This document shows positions 26,055-35,772 of a DNA stretch of 64,000 bases, piece after piece. The notes under the pieces were generated by a model that saw only the letters and a program-made list of their open reading frames with translations, was not told where the DNA came from and made no database searches. The translations under genes were made by a program, and so were the position numbers. The stretch comes from an uncultured Spirochaetaceae bacterium (GTDB lineage: Bacteria; Spirochaetota; Spirochaetia; DSM-27196; SLST01): contig CAZICD010000001.1 in assembly GCA_964537725.1 (NCBI GenBank), positions 63,878 through 127,877 on the forward strand, given 5' to 3'. Position 1 is the stretch's first letter. Each line of letters begins with the position of its first letter.

Positions 26055-28541
26055 CTACTCCTCGCGGCTCAGGTCGACGAGGCTGCGTACGCGCAGCGCC
26101 TTCTTCGCCTGCGCGAGCGTCATCTTTGCAGACGGTGTGAGGGTCAGCGTAACCGAGCCACCCGGCCGCACGTGGACGAAGTTGTCGTCGGCGCGGAAGT
26201 CGGCCCCCTCGAGTTCGACCCAGGTCCACAGCGCGACGGCCTTGCTCTTCAGCGTCACCCGGAACGAGCCCTTGCCGCCATCCTTGACGGTCGCGACGAC
26301 CTGTGGATCCTGCGCGAGCTCGAGGTGCTTGGGCCGAGCGAACGTCACGAGGTTCTCGGCGACGCGCCGGCGACCGTCGTAGGCCTCGAGCCAGACCAGC
26401 AGGTCGCGGTCGCTGCGCGCCTCGATGAACCGGCCCATCCGCAGCGTGTGCACGCGCTTGCTTCCGTTCTTCCGGCTCTTCACCTGCTTCTCGCCGGAGT
26501 CGAGCTTCTTCCCTCGCGCGTCGGTGACGGTCCACTTCAGCGTTACATCGCGTGTTTCGAGCGCGTCGTTGGTCAGGTGCACCTCGATCGTGCCCCGCCC
26601 CGGATCCTCGAGCCCGGAGAGCAGGAGCGGGGCGAAGAACTTCTTCGCCATGTAGTGCAGCGCCTTCCAGCGGTGATGGTAGTCGATCGACGACCAGCTC
26701 GCCACGGGCCACGTGTCGTTGAGCTGCCAGTAGATCGTCCCCATGCCGCGGGGCATCGACCGCCGCCAGTGCTCGACCGCGTACTTGATCGCCATGCCCT
26801 GGAGGATCTGGCTCGACCAGAGCGTCTCGTCGAACCCGGTCGGCAGCCGGAACCAGTCGAGCATGTAGTGCATGATCGTGCTGTTGCCGATCCCGCTGCG
26901 CTGGTGGTGCTCCATGACGTAGCTCGTGACGTTGCGGTCCTCGGGGGCGGTGTATCCGTGGGTCGTCTTCGGCTCCGGAAAGCTCTGAAAACCGAACTCC
27001 GAGTTGAACCGATGCTCGCACGTACGGTACCACTCGAACGGCTTGAGGCCGTGCCAGACGTCCCACAGGTGCGCGTCGCCGCAGGTCGGGTTGCGATGAT
27101 CGGCGCGGTCTCCGCAGGGGCTGTGCGGGCTTCCGGGCCAGTACGCGGTCTCGCCGTCGTACTCCTTGACGATCGACGGCAGGATCCGGTCGTAGAGCTT
27201 CGCGTAGTCGTCCCAGCTCATCGTGCGCTCGGTCCACTCGGGACCGACGAGCCCCTGCTCGAGCTCGTTGTTGCCGCACCAGAGAGCCATCGAGGGATGG
27301 TGTCGCAGGCGCCGGACGTTGTCGATCGCCTCCTGCTCGACGTTCGCCATGAACTCTTCGTCGTAGGTCGGGTACGCGTAGCAGGCGAACATGAAGTCCT
27401 GCCAGATGCAGATACCGTACTCGTCGCAGAGGTCGTAGAAGACGTCCTCCTCGTAGAGCCCTCCGCCCCAGACGCGGAGCATGTTCATGTTCGCCTCCGC
27501 CGAGCTCGCGACGAGATCGCGATAGCGCTCGGGCGTCATGCGGTCGTTGTACGCGTCGCCCGGGATCCAGTTCGCCCCCTTGGCGAAGAACGGCACGCCG
27601 TTCACGACGAAGCGAAACGACTCGCCCCATTCGTCCGGGTGCCGATCGAGCTCGAGCGTTCGCAGTCCCACGCGGCGCTGCCAGCGGTCGAGTTCGGCGC
27701 CGTCGGCGTCGGAGAGCTCGACCTCAACGTCGTACAGCGGCTGGTCTCCCATCGTGTTCGGCCACCAGAGCTCCGGGTTCGTCACGGAGACCTTTGCCCG
27801 CGCGCTGCCGGAGGACACGGCGACGACCTTCTCGGCAACCCGCTTACCCGAGCGGCTGACGGTGACCTTGGCGTTCATCCGCGCCGAGCGTGCCCCCTCC
27901 GCCGCAACGCCGATCTCGAGGTCGACGCGCTTGCGGCTGCGATGGTGCTGGCCGACGTGCACATCGGCGAGGCGCGCCGTGGAGAAGGCGACGAGCTCGA
28001 TGTCGCGCCAGATACCGCAGGTGACGGTCCTGATCCCCCAGTCCCACCCGAAGTTGCACTGCTCCTTGCGGATGAAGCCGTGATACCCGAGCTTCTCGCC
28101 GCCGTTCCAGCCCGGCAGGTGCTGCTCGGCTTCCTTGCGAATCGTATACTCGAGCGCGCGGGCGAACCGGATTCGGACCGTGTTCGCGCCTTCCTTGAGC
28201 GCGGCCTTGACGTCGAACTCGTACCGGCGAAACATGTTGTCGGTGCGCGCGATCTCCTTTCCGTTGACGCGGATCGTCGCGAGGGTATCCAGACCGTGAC
28301 ACACGAGCATCACGCGCTCGTGTTCCAGCACCTCGGCCGCGACGGTGAACGAGCGACTGTACTCCCACTCGGTCTCCGCGACCCAGTACGCGTCGAACTC
28401 ACGGGTCCGGTAGAAGGGGTCGTCGATCCTGCCGGCCTCGAGCAGGTCGGTGTGGATACAGCCCGGAACCGTTCCGGGTACGGTCATCCGTCCACCCGCG
28501 TCGCGCGCGGTCCATTGTCCGTTCAGCGAGATCGTCGTCAT
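26055..28541 (-). CDS. Beta-mannosidase (glycoside hydrolase family 2)
   Basis: 828 aa. GH2 sugar-binding N-terminus (LNGQWTARD...), catalytic-region motifs (NMLRVWGGG, WCGNNE) and a long Ig-like C-terminus. Confidence 0.85.
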   Translation of the reverse strand: MTTISLNGQWTARDAGGRMTVPGTVPGCIHTDLLEAGRIDDPFYRTREFDAYWVAETEWEYSRSFTVAAEVLEHERVMLVCHGLDTLATIRVNGKEIARTDNMFRRYEFDVKAALKEGANTVRIRFARALEYTIRKEAEQHLPGWNGGEKLGYHGFIRKEQCNFGWDWGIRTVTCGIWRDIELVAFSTARLADVHVGQHHRSRKRVDLEIGVAAEGARSARMNAKVTVSRSGKRVAEKVVAVSSGSARAKVSVTNPELWWPNTMGDQPLYDVEVELSDADGAELDRWQRRVGLRTLELDRHPDEWGESFRFVVNGVPFFAKGANWIPGDAYNDRMTPERYRDLVASSAEANMNMLRVWGGGLYEEDVFYDLCDEYGICIWQDFMFACYAYPTYDEEFMANVEQEAIDNVRRLRHHPSMALWCGNNELEQGLVGPEWTERTMSWDDYAKLYDRILPSIVKEYDGETAYWPGSPHSPCGDRADHRNPTCGDAHLWDVWHGLKPFEWYRTCEHRFNSEFGFQSFPEPKTTHGYTAPEDRNVTSYVMEHHQRSGIGNSTIMHYMLDWFRLPTGFDETLWSSQILQGMAIKYAVEHWRRSMPRGMGTIYWQLNDTWPVASWSSIDYHHRWKALHYMAKKFFAPLLLSGLEDPGRGTIEVHLTNDALETRDVTLKWTVTDARGKKLDSGEKQVKSRKNGSKRVHTLRMGRFIEARSDRDLLVWLEAYDGRRRVAENLVTFARPKHLELAQDPQVVATVKDGGKGSFRVTLKSKAVALWTWVELEGADFRADDNFVHVRPGGSVTLTLTPSAKMTLAQAKKALRVRSLVDLSREE

Positions 28542-28642
28542 GCAGGCTCCTTGATGAGAGGGTAGGACACCTGCGGCGTTGACGCTTGCCGTGATATGAT
28601 CATTCATTGAACTCATTTGATCTCAACCGAGTCGGGGACGTC

Positions 28643-29530
28643 ATGACGAAAAGCGCACCTGCAAGGTTCCGCGCAGCGGAGGTCCTGCGAGACGCTCAGG
28701 AGTACAGCTGCCACAGCGTCGATGAAAAGGGACTCTGGGAGTTCGAGGCGCACCACCACGTCGATTGCTGCGACCTCACCTATGTCGAGCACGGCGTCCT
28801 CGTGCAGCGAGTCAACGGCATCCAGACCGAGGTCCGGCCGGGCCGGATGACGCTCGTTCGCCCCGGCGACCTGCATCGGGTATGGGGACGTGATCTGCTG
28901 ATGTACAACCTCAACTTCCGAAGCGAAGCGCTTCGCCGGGCGGCCTCGTATCTCGGCGTGGACCGCCTGGTCGAAGAGCTTCTGCGCGCAGAGACCGCGC
29001 CCGTGCTCGGCGTCGCCCATGCGAACCGCGCCGCCACGCTGATCGGCTATCAGGATCTGCTCGTCAGCCAGCACGGCTCGGGATCGACGCGCCTCTTTCG
29101 GGGGTTTCTCGTCGGATGGCTGCTCGACGTCGCCCGCGAACGCAGCGCAGAGCCCGGCGGGGTGCAACCGGCGTGGCTCGCCGACCTGCTTTCCTACATC
29201 GAGGAGCACGTGGAGACGCCGGTCAGTGTTGCCGATCTCGCCGCCGTCTCCGGGCGCAGCGCCGAGCACGTCGCGCGGACGTTCCGCGCGCAGCTGGACA
29301 CGACTCCCTCGGCGGCGGTCAACCGCGCGCGGTTGAACCGTGCGGCCGTGCTGCTCGCACACACGAACCGCAGCATTCTCGACATCTGCTACGGGCTCGG
29401 GTACAACAGCCCGAGTTACTTCTATCGATTGTTCCGGCGCGCGTACGGAGCTCCGCCGAGACGGTACCGCGAGCAGAACTCGGTGCTTCCGGCCGCCGCC
29501 TCCGCGCCGGACGAAGCGCCCGGGCGATGA
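28643..29530 (+). CDS. AraC-family transcriptional regulator
   Basis: Cupin-like N-terminus with a C-terminal double HTH (ICYGLGYNSPSYFYRLFRRAYGAPPRRYR). Divergent from the mannosidase gene. Confidence 0.8.
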   Translation: MTKSAPARFRAAEVLRDAQEYSCHSVDEKGLWEFEAHHHVDCCDLTYVEHGVLVQRVNGIQTEVRPGRMTLVRPGDLHRVWGRDLLMYNLNFRSEALRRAASYLGVDRLVEELLRAETAPVLGVAHANRAATLIGYQDLLVSQHGSGSTRLFRGFLVGWLLDVARERSAEPGGVQPAWLADLLSYIEEHVETPVSVADLAAVSGRSAEHVARTFRAQLDTTPSAAVNRARLNRAAVLLAHTNRSILDICYGLGYNSPSYFYRLFRRAYGAPPRRYREQNSVLPAAASAPDEAPGR

Positions 29531-29531
29531 A

Positions 29532-30728
29532 CTAGACCGAGCCGGGGAAGAGGAAGGGCAGCGCCACGAACGTCCCGATCGCGCTCCCGAGCGTGGTGAA
29601 GAAGAAGACGAGCAGGATCCGCGTGATGCGGTTGCGGTAGAAACCACGGAAGCTCGTGATATCGTCCTGAAGCCGCTCGAAATCCACGACGCGCGGCTTG
29701 CGCAGGACCGCCTCGAGGAGCCCGCTCACGAATCCCACGCCGATCGTGGGGTTCATGCTCGTGAACGGGGCGGCGAGGAAGCTGATGACGATATTCAGCG
29801 GGTGGGCGAGCGCGATGATCGCGCCGATCCCGGAGAGCGTTCCGTTGACGAGGAACCACCGCAGGAGCATCTGCAGCCCCCCGTCCCAGCCGGCGCGGAC
29901 GAAGCCCCACGCGATGAGCCCGGCGACCAGCGCCGGGATGGCCCAGGGCACGGCCTTTCGAAAGACGCCGGGAGGGGGGACCGTGTCGATCCGCGCGAGG
30001 TCCGGCTTCTCGACGCCCTCGTGGATCGCGGTGAGCCATCGGGCGATGCCGGGGACGTGCCCGGCGCCAACGACCACGAGGATACGCGACCCGTCGGTCT
30101 CGTAGCTCTTCGCGGCGAGGTACTGGTCGCGCTCGTCGATCAGTACCTCCTTCGCCGCCGGCAGGTACGCGGCGAGCTCGTTCATCATGCCTTCCAGCGC
30201 ACCCTGCTCCTTCAGCGCCTCGATCTCCTCCTGCGGGAGCTTCTCCCGGCTGAAGACCGAGCCGAGCAGCGCGGCGAGCATCTTCATCTTGCCCCACAGA
30301 CGGGCCTTCGCCCACGCCCGCCGCAGCGTCGTGTGGATCTCGCGGTCGACAAAGCTCGTGGGAATGCCCAGCTCCTGCGCCACCTGCATCGCGGCGAGCA
30401 TCTCTTCACCCGGCGTGACGCCCAGGTCGGCGCCCATCCGCCGCTGGAAGCTCGACAGGACGAGGTTTCCCAGCAGGAGGAAGCCCTTCTTCTCGCGGAT
30501 CACCTTGTAGACGTTCAGGCTCTCCCAGCTGCGCTTCTCCACGAGCGAGCGGTGCCTCGCCTCGTCTATCTCCACGCAGACGCGTTCGGGCTCGAGCTCG
30601 CGGATCGCGCGTCCCACCTCGTCCACGCTGTCGCGCGAGACGTGAGCCGTGCCGAGCAGGATGAACTCGCGACCGCCCAGCTCGAGGCGGGTCACGTTCG
30701 AGGTCGATTCAGATGCCGATGTATCCAT
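29532..30728 (-). CDS. TraB/GumN-family protein with C-terminal membrane domain
   Basis: N-terminus FILLGTAHVSRDSVDEV plus VVGAGHV, followed by 4 TM helices. Confidence 0.8.
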   Translation of the reverse strand: MDTSASESTSNVTRLELGGREFILLGTAHVSRDSVDEVGRAIRELEPERVCVEIDEARHRSLVEKRSWESLNVYKVIREKKGFLLLGNLVLSSFQRRMGADLGVTPGEEMLAAMQVAQELGIPTSFVDREIHTTLRRAWAKARLWGKMKMLAALLGSVFSREKLPQEEIEALKEQGALEGMMNELAAYLPAAKEVLIDERDQYLAAKSYETDGSRILVVVGAGHVPGIARWLTAIHEGVEKPDLARIDTVPPPGVFRKAVPWAIPALVAGLIAWGFVRAGWDGGLQMLLRWFLVNGTLSGIGAIIALAHPLNIVISFLAAPFTSMNPTIGVGFVSGLLEAVLRKPRVVDFERLQDDITSFRGFYRNRITRILLVFFFTTLGSAIGTFVALPFLFPGSV

Positions 30729-30734
30729 GTCGCC

Positions 30735-31697
30735 TTATGCCTTCTTCTTCGCGCCCGCTTCCACGAAACGCTTGCGCAGGCCCTCTTCGCCGGGGTAGAG
30801 GTCGCGCGGAATGCTGCCGCCGCCCATGTGGATGTGTCCGCCGCCGGCGCCGATGCCCTCGAGCGCCCTGCGGATGATCACGTCGGCCGGGCGGTCGTTG
30901 TCTTCGCTGCGGACCGACAACCGGTACTCTTCCCGGTCCGGCTCCACGACGACGACGAAGCTCAACTCGCGAAGCCCGAGGAAGAAGTCGGCGACGAGCG
31001 CCATGACTTCCTGCGTGCACTCCTTCGTGACGGGGACGAAGCAGAAGTCGCCGGCGACGACGCACGCGTTGATCGCCTCGCGGAAGAGACCCAGGTCGCG
31101 CAGCGAGAGGCTGTTCTTCAACAGTCGGCTGCCCATGCGCCAGTCGCCCTTGAAGAAGAGCTCGGTGAACGCATCCAGATCCGGCTCGGAGACACCGCGC
31201 GTCATGAACCCGGTGTCCATCATCAGGCCGATCAGCAGCGCCGTGGCGATGGAGCCGGAGAGCTCGACGCCGGTCTCCTGGTAGTAACTGTAGACGATCG
31301 TGCAGCAGGCTCCGAAGTTCTCGCGGATGTCGTGGAAGCGCGTCGCCGGCTCCACCGGGGGGCTGTGGTGGTCGATGACGCCGTAGATCTCGCCGGGCAG
31401 CCCCGAGATGTTGCTGTTGCCGACGAAGCCGTCGATGATGATGACCTGCGCGTCCTCGGCGATGCCCACGTCGGAGGCGGCCTGGATGGGAATCTTGAGG
31501 GTCTCGATTTCCTCGCCCAGCGAGGCGCTCTGGATCGTCCCGCCGTAGCTGAGATCGGCCTCGATCCCGTCCCGGCGCAACAGGTGCGCGAGCGCGTAGG
31601 CGGCGCCGACCGCGTCGTGGTCGGGGAAATCGTGCGCCTGGATGACGACCGGCCGCTCGCGATCGAGACCGTCGAGCAGGTCGGCGTAGCTACTCAC
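30735..31697 (-). CDS. DHH/DHHA1 phosphoesterase (NrnA-like)
   Basis: Motifs DFPDHDAVGAA, DHH (VIDHHSPP) and GGGH (GAGGGHIHMGGG). GTG 31697 is preceded by GGAGGAGG and overlaps the TPR gene by 8 nt. Confidence 0.8.
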   Translation of the reverse strand: MSSYADLLDGLDRERPVVIQAHDFPDHDAVGAAYALAHLLRRDGIEADLSYGGTIQSASLGEEIETLKIPIQAASDVGIAEDAQVIIIDGFVGNSNISGLPGEIYGVIDHHSPPVEPATRFHDIRENFGACCTIVYSYYQETGVELSGSIATALLIGLMMDTGFMTRGVSEPDLDAFTELFFKGDWRMGSRLLKNSLSLRDLGLFREAINACVVAGDFCFVPVTKECTQEVMALVADFFLGLRELSFVVVVEPDREEYRLSVRSEDNDRPADVIIRRALEGIGAGGGHIHMGGGSIPRDLYPGEEGLRKRFVEAGAKKKA

Positions 31698-33150
31698 CGG
31701 GGTCCTCCTCCCCCGAACGATACGCCCGCAGCCGCCACTCGGCAAGTCGGCGCTCGACGAAGCCCGGCTGCAGGCCTTCCTCGGCTTCCAGGAACGCCGC
31801 CTGCGCGGTCTGGATGCGGCCGAGAAGCTCGAGCTGCGCGCCGAGGTAGAAGTACATCTGCGCCTTGAGCGTGTCGTCGGTGGAGTCGCGGATCTCGGAC
31901 ATCACGAACCCCTCGTTTCCGGGCTGCAGGTAGTAGCGCATCGTGTCGTAGTAGAGCGAGTCGCGCGGGATCGTGTTGACGATCCCGTTCAGGAAGTCGG
32001 TCGACTCCCGGTCGCGTCGGGCGCTCTTCAGCGCGAGCGAGGCGAGGAGCGCGAGATCGTAGCGCGTGTCCTCCTCGTCGTAGGCGCGCTCGAGATAGGA
32101 GAACGCGTCGTCGAACGCCTCGGTCATGTAGTAGAGAACACCGATGGGCGCGTACGCGGGCGTGTAGTCGGGACGCATCGCGAGCGTGCGCTCGTAGTCG
32201 GCGAGCGCCCCCTCGACGTCCTCCTGCGCGTCCCGCGCTCGCGCGCGCAGCGCAAAACCCAGGAAGCGCTCGTCGTTGAGCTCGATCGCACGCGTGAAGT
32301 CGGCCTCCGCTCCGCCGAATCGGCGCCGCTCGAGTCGCACCCGACCGCGGTCTACGTAGTGCCAGTAGAACTGCGGGTCGAGCTCGATCGCCGTGGACAG
32401 ATCGGCCTCCGCGGCGCCGAGCTCGTACTGCAGCGCGCGCGCACGGGCCCGGTCGCTGTAGGCGAAGGAGTAGTCCGGTGCGAGCTCGATCGCCGCGGAG
32501 AGCTCGTGTTCGGCGTCCTCGTAACGCTCCTGTCGGAGATAGACGTTGCCCAGACCGACGCGGGCCACCAGGTTGTCGGGCTCCTGCTCGAGGGCGGCTC
32601 TGAAGTTCTCCGCTGCGGCGCGATACGATCGGCCCTGGACCTGCAGCTCCGCGAGCGCCGAGCGGGCGCGCACGTGCGTCGGGTCGAGCTCGAGGATACG
32701 CTCGAGCAAACGCCGCTGCTCGTCCTCGTCTCCCTGGGCGCCTCGCACGAGCGCGAGGAGGTAGAGCGCGTCGGTGTTCTCAGGCTCTTCGGCGAGCACC
32801 TCGTCGAGCACGCGTGCGGCCTCGTCGGTCTCGCCGGCGATGAGAAAGAGGTTCGCGAGCAGGACGCGCGTGGCCGGATCGTCGGGATCGTCGAGCTCGG
32901 CCTCCTCGTAGGCGGCGATCGCCGCTTCGGGATCTCCCGCCTGGACCGAGAGGCTGATCGCGTCGTACGCCTCGGGCACGGTGAGTACCGGTTCGGGCTC
33001 GGCAGGCGGCGTCTCGGGGACCTGCTCGGCCGGTTCTTCCGCAGGCGGCGCCTCGCGCTCGGTCGGCGAGGTCGCGCACCCGGCGAGGAACAGCGCGAGG
33101 AGCGCGGCGGTGACGGGCGCGCTGAGCGCGGACAACAAGTTTCGTCGCAT
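31690..33150 (-). CDS. TPR-repeat lipoprotein
   Basis: Lipobox (LFLAGCAT) followed by about 10 TPR-like units. ATG at 33150. Confidence 0.8.
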   Translation of the reverse strand: MRRNLLSALSAPVTAALLALFLAGCATSPTEREAPPAEEPAEQVPETPPAEPEPVLTVPEAYDAISLSVQAGDPEAAIAAYEEAELDDPDDPATRVLLANLFLIAGETDEAARVLDEVLAEEPENTDALYLLALVRGAQGDEDEQRRLLERILELDPTHVRARSALAELQVQGRSYRAAAENFRAALEQEPDNLVARVGLGNVYLRQERYEDAEHELSAAIELAPDYSFAYSDRARARALQYELGAAEADLSTAIELDPQFYWHYVDRGRVRLERRRFGGAEADFTRAIELNDERFLGFALRARARDAQEDVEGALADYERTLAMRPDYTPAYAPIGVLYYMTEAFDDAFSYLERAYDEEDTRYDLALLASLALKSARRDRESTDFLNGIVNTIPRDSLYYDTMRYYLQPGNEGFVMSEIRDSTDDTLKAQMYFYLGAQLELLGRIQTAQAAFLEAEEGLQPGFVERRLAEWRLRAYRSGEEDPGE

Positions 33151-33180
33151 CGGGGCCCGATGATATCGATGTCGGTTCCG

Positions 33181-33209
33181 TTGCACAAGCGAGGGCCCGT
33201 TGCTACAAT
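33181..33209 (+). promoter_or_regulatory. Sigma-70-like promoter TTGCAC-17-(TGc)TACAAT, 9 nt before ATG 33219
   Basis: Both hexamers and the TG extension are seen directly. The short spacing implies a leaderless or near-leaderless mRNA. Confidence 0.45.
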
Positions 33210-33218
33210 CAGCGCCGC

Positions 33219-35048
33219 ATGACACAGTCCGGCAGGGCCTACTTCCTGGTGCCGATCGTCTACATCGGCGTCATCTTCGGCCTCCTGTTCCTCCAGTTCT
33301 CCGGCGGAGAGCGATTCACCAGGTCGGTAGGGCCGTTGACGCTCAACGCGACGCGCGGCGCGGCGAGCGAGGACGGTACGCCCGAGGTCCGCGAGCTCGG
33401 TATCTCCTTCGACGGCATCGCGTTCTCGTTCGCCGAGGAGTCCGGGTTGATCGTCGAAACCACCGACGACGTCACCGACATGCGCGCGGTTGGGTACGAG
33501 GTGCTCGACGACGGGTTCGAAGTCGATTTCGAGGGCGGCTACGCGCTCTCGTTCCTGATCGGGCCCGACCCGACGCGCGAGCTCCAGCTCCGACTCGAGT
33601 TGCCCGACGAGCCGGACGGGCTGCGCGAGGTCTCCATTCCCTTCGACCTCGCCGGCGCGCCGGTCGACGCAGATGCCGGGCAGACGAGCTTCGTCACCAT
33701 GCGCGTGGAGGACGACGAGTACTACTTCACCGCACCTCCGCGTGCGACGATCGACCTGGAGAACCGGAAGCTCGTCCTCGAACCGGAGGCCGCCGGTCAG
33801 GCGATCCGCTACGTCGAGGCGACCGAAGGCGACCCGACCCGGGTCGTCCGCTGGTTCGAAGACGAGGCGCTCGCGATCGACGACGACGCGTACGCCGAAA
33901 CGATCGCGGGCTGGGTCGAATCCGCCTACGCGGGCTGGGAGATCGGGCGTTACAACTCGACCGGGCTGACCTGGGACGGTCCCGGGGGCTTCGCGAGCTT
34001 CAGCGAGGAGGCGCTGACCGCGTACCTCGCCGAGGCGTGGGCGCGCGACGAGTACGACCGGGCGTTCGCGGAGATGCGCCGCGCCGTCGATCTCCACGCT
34101 GAGGAGCTCTCGCTGCTTTCGGCGCCCTTCCTGGGCAACCTGGACGAGGCCCGCGAGCGGTTCATCGAGGCCGACCGCGCGCGCATCGATCTCCTCGAAG
34201 AGCAGCTCGAGGCCGGCGACCCGACGCTCTTCCGGCGCCCGTCGGTCTTCCTGCTCGCCGCCGACCGCGGGAGCGAGGAGCTCTACGCCCGGCTGCTCGA
34301 GTTCACCCAGGAGGTCGAGCTTCGCAGCCTCGACCTGGAAAGCGCGATCGGCCTGCTGCGCAACCTCTTCGTCGACCCGCTGCCCGACGACCGGGCGACG
34401 TCGGTCGCACTGCGGAGCGTCGACCTGATCCAGCTCAAACTGCTCGGCGCGATCGCGCGCACCGACTCAGGGTTCTTCGTCCAGACCTCGCCCGGTCAAA
34501 TCGACCTCTACCAGAGCGCGGTCGCCGGCGCCGTGCTCGACGCCTACGGCTCGTCGCGCGACGATCGGACGATCACGGCGATAGGCCGCAACCTGGTCTC
34601 CTCGGTGCTCTCGCTCGCCGACGGCGACGGTATGGTGCCCTCGTCGCTGCTCGTCCGCGGCGAGACGGTGGAGACCGCCGACGGCGCCGTGGCACCCGAG
34701 CGTCTCTACCCGCTCCTCGCCGAGGCGCCGAACTACCCGCGCGAGGTATCGCTCTACGAGGAGGCGGGAAGCGGCACGTGGGCCTGGACGATCGTGCGCG
34801 TCCGACCGGTCCGGATGAGCGATTCCGAGTGGCGGTTCGAGCTCGCCTATCCCCGCCTGCGCACGCATTTCGTGCTCGTGCAGGGCGTCCCGTCCTTCGA
34901 ACGGATGGAGCTCTTCGGCCAGACGTGGCGCGACGCACCCGACTTCGAGATCTACAGCAAGGGCCGACACTACGACCCGGAGACCGACACGCTCATGATC
35001 AAGTACTACGACGATTCGGTTCGGCGCGAAATGGCGGTGTTCTTCTGA
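33219..35048 (+). CDS. Membrane-anchored hypothetical protein (609 aa), no family recognised
   Basis: Single N-terminal TM (AYFLVPIVYIGVIFGLLFLQF), acidic beta-rich and helical regions, and good GC3 codon bias. Confidence 0.6.
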   Translation: MTQSGRAYFLVPIVYIGVIFGLLFLQFSGGERFTRSVGPLTLNATRGAASEDGTPEVRELGISFDGIAFSFAEESGLIVETTDDVTDMRAVGYEVLDDGFEVDFEGGYALSFLIGPDPTRELQLRLELPDEPDGLREVSIPFDLAGAPVDADAGQTSFVTMRVEDDEYYFTAPPRATIDLENRKLVLEPEAAGQAIRYVEATEGDPTRVVRWFEDEALAIDDDAYAETIAGWVESAYAGWEIGRYNSTGLTWDGPGGFASFSEEALTAYLAEAWARDEYDRAFAEMRRAVDLHAEELSLLSAPFLGNLDEARERFIEADRARIDLLEEQLEAGDPTLFRRPSVFLLAADRGSEELYARLLEFTQEVELRSLDLESAIGLLRNLFVDPLPDDRATSVALRSVDLIQLKLLGAIARTDSGFFVQTSPGQIDLYQSAVAGAVLDAYGSSRDDRTITAIGRNLVSSVLSLADGDGMVPSSLLVRGETVETADGAVAPERLYPLLAEAPNYPREVSLYEEAGSGTWAWTIVRVRPVRMSDSEWRFELAYPRLRTHFVLVQGVPSFERMELFGQTWRDAPDFEIYSKGRHYDPETDTLMIKYYDDSVRREMAVFF

Positions 35049-35746
35049 TGCGCGTACCGGCCTTCCACACGTTGCCGCACGAGTGCGAATTCTACTTCGT
35101 ACGCCACGGCGAGAGCGAGAGCAACGCCGAGGGCCGCATCCAGGGTCACAGCGACTCGCCGCTCTCGGAGCTGGGCCGATCGCACGCTCGGGCGGCCGCG
35201 CGCTGGCTCGGGACGCGGGAGATCGACGCCGTGCTCTCCTCGCCGCTCTCGCGCGCGAGCGAGACCGCGCTGGTGATCGCGGACGGCGTGGGCGTGCAGG
35301 CGGTGGAGACGATGTCGGAGCTCATCGAGCTGGACACGGGCCGATTCTCCGGCAAGCGGCTGCGCGACATGGCGACGGAGGACGAGGAGCTCTTCCGACG
35401 GTTTCGCGTGCACAGCTGGGAGGCCGTACCCGACGCCGAGCGGATCGAGTCGCTGCAACGACGGGCCCGCTCGGTCTGGGACCGCCTCCTCGAGCTCGCC
35501 CATACCGGGCATCGCCGGATCGCGAGCGTCACACACGGCGGGATGATCCAGTGGCTGATCAAGGCAACCGTGGGCTCCGAAGAACAGCGGTGGATGCCGC
35601 TCTTCGAGACCTCGAACTGCGGGATCTTCCTCTTCACCGCGCAGTCGACCATGCCCGAACCGGGCACCGCAGACGAGCCGCCGGAGCCCGGCACCGGCTA
35701 CTACGGAAACTGGAAGCTGATCAACTACGTGCCCTACGAGTCGTAG
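35048..35746 (+). CDS. Histidine phosphatase family protein (phosphoglycerate-mutase-like)
   Basis: RHGES catalytic motif (FYFVRHGESESN) and a later H in SVTHGGMI. TGATG overlap with the upstream gene. Confidence 0.85.
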   Translation: MRVPAFHTLPHECEFYFVRHGESESNAEGRIQGHSDSPLSELGRSHARAAARWLGTREIDAVLSSPLSRASETALVIADGVGVQAVETMSELIELDTGRFSGKRLRDMATEDEELFRRFRVHSWEAVPDAERIESLQRRARSVWDRLLELAHTGHRRIASVTHGGMIQWLIKATVGSEEQRWMPLFETSNCGIFLFTAQSTMPEPGTADEPPEPGTGYYGNWKLINYVPYES

Positions 35747-35772
35747 GCCGCGACGCCGGCCTCACCGCAGGT

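Noticed and set aside
26010-28565. 851-aa plus-strand ORF opposite the beta-mannosidase
   Set aside because: It is the mirror-frame artefact of a confidently identified GH2 gene and has no motifs.
29340-31868. 842-aa plus-strand ORF opposite the TraB, DHH and TPR genes
   Set aside because: Same reasoning: it is antisense to three genes with clear family motifs.
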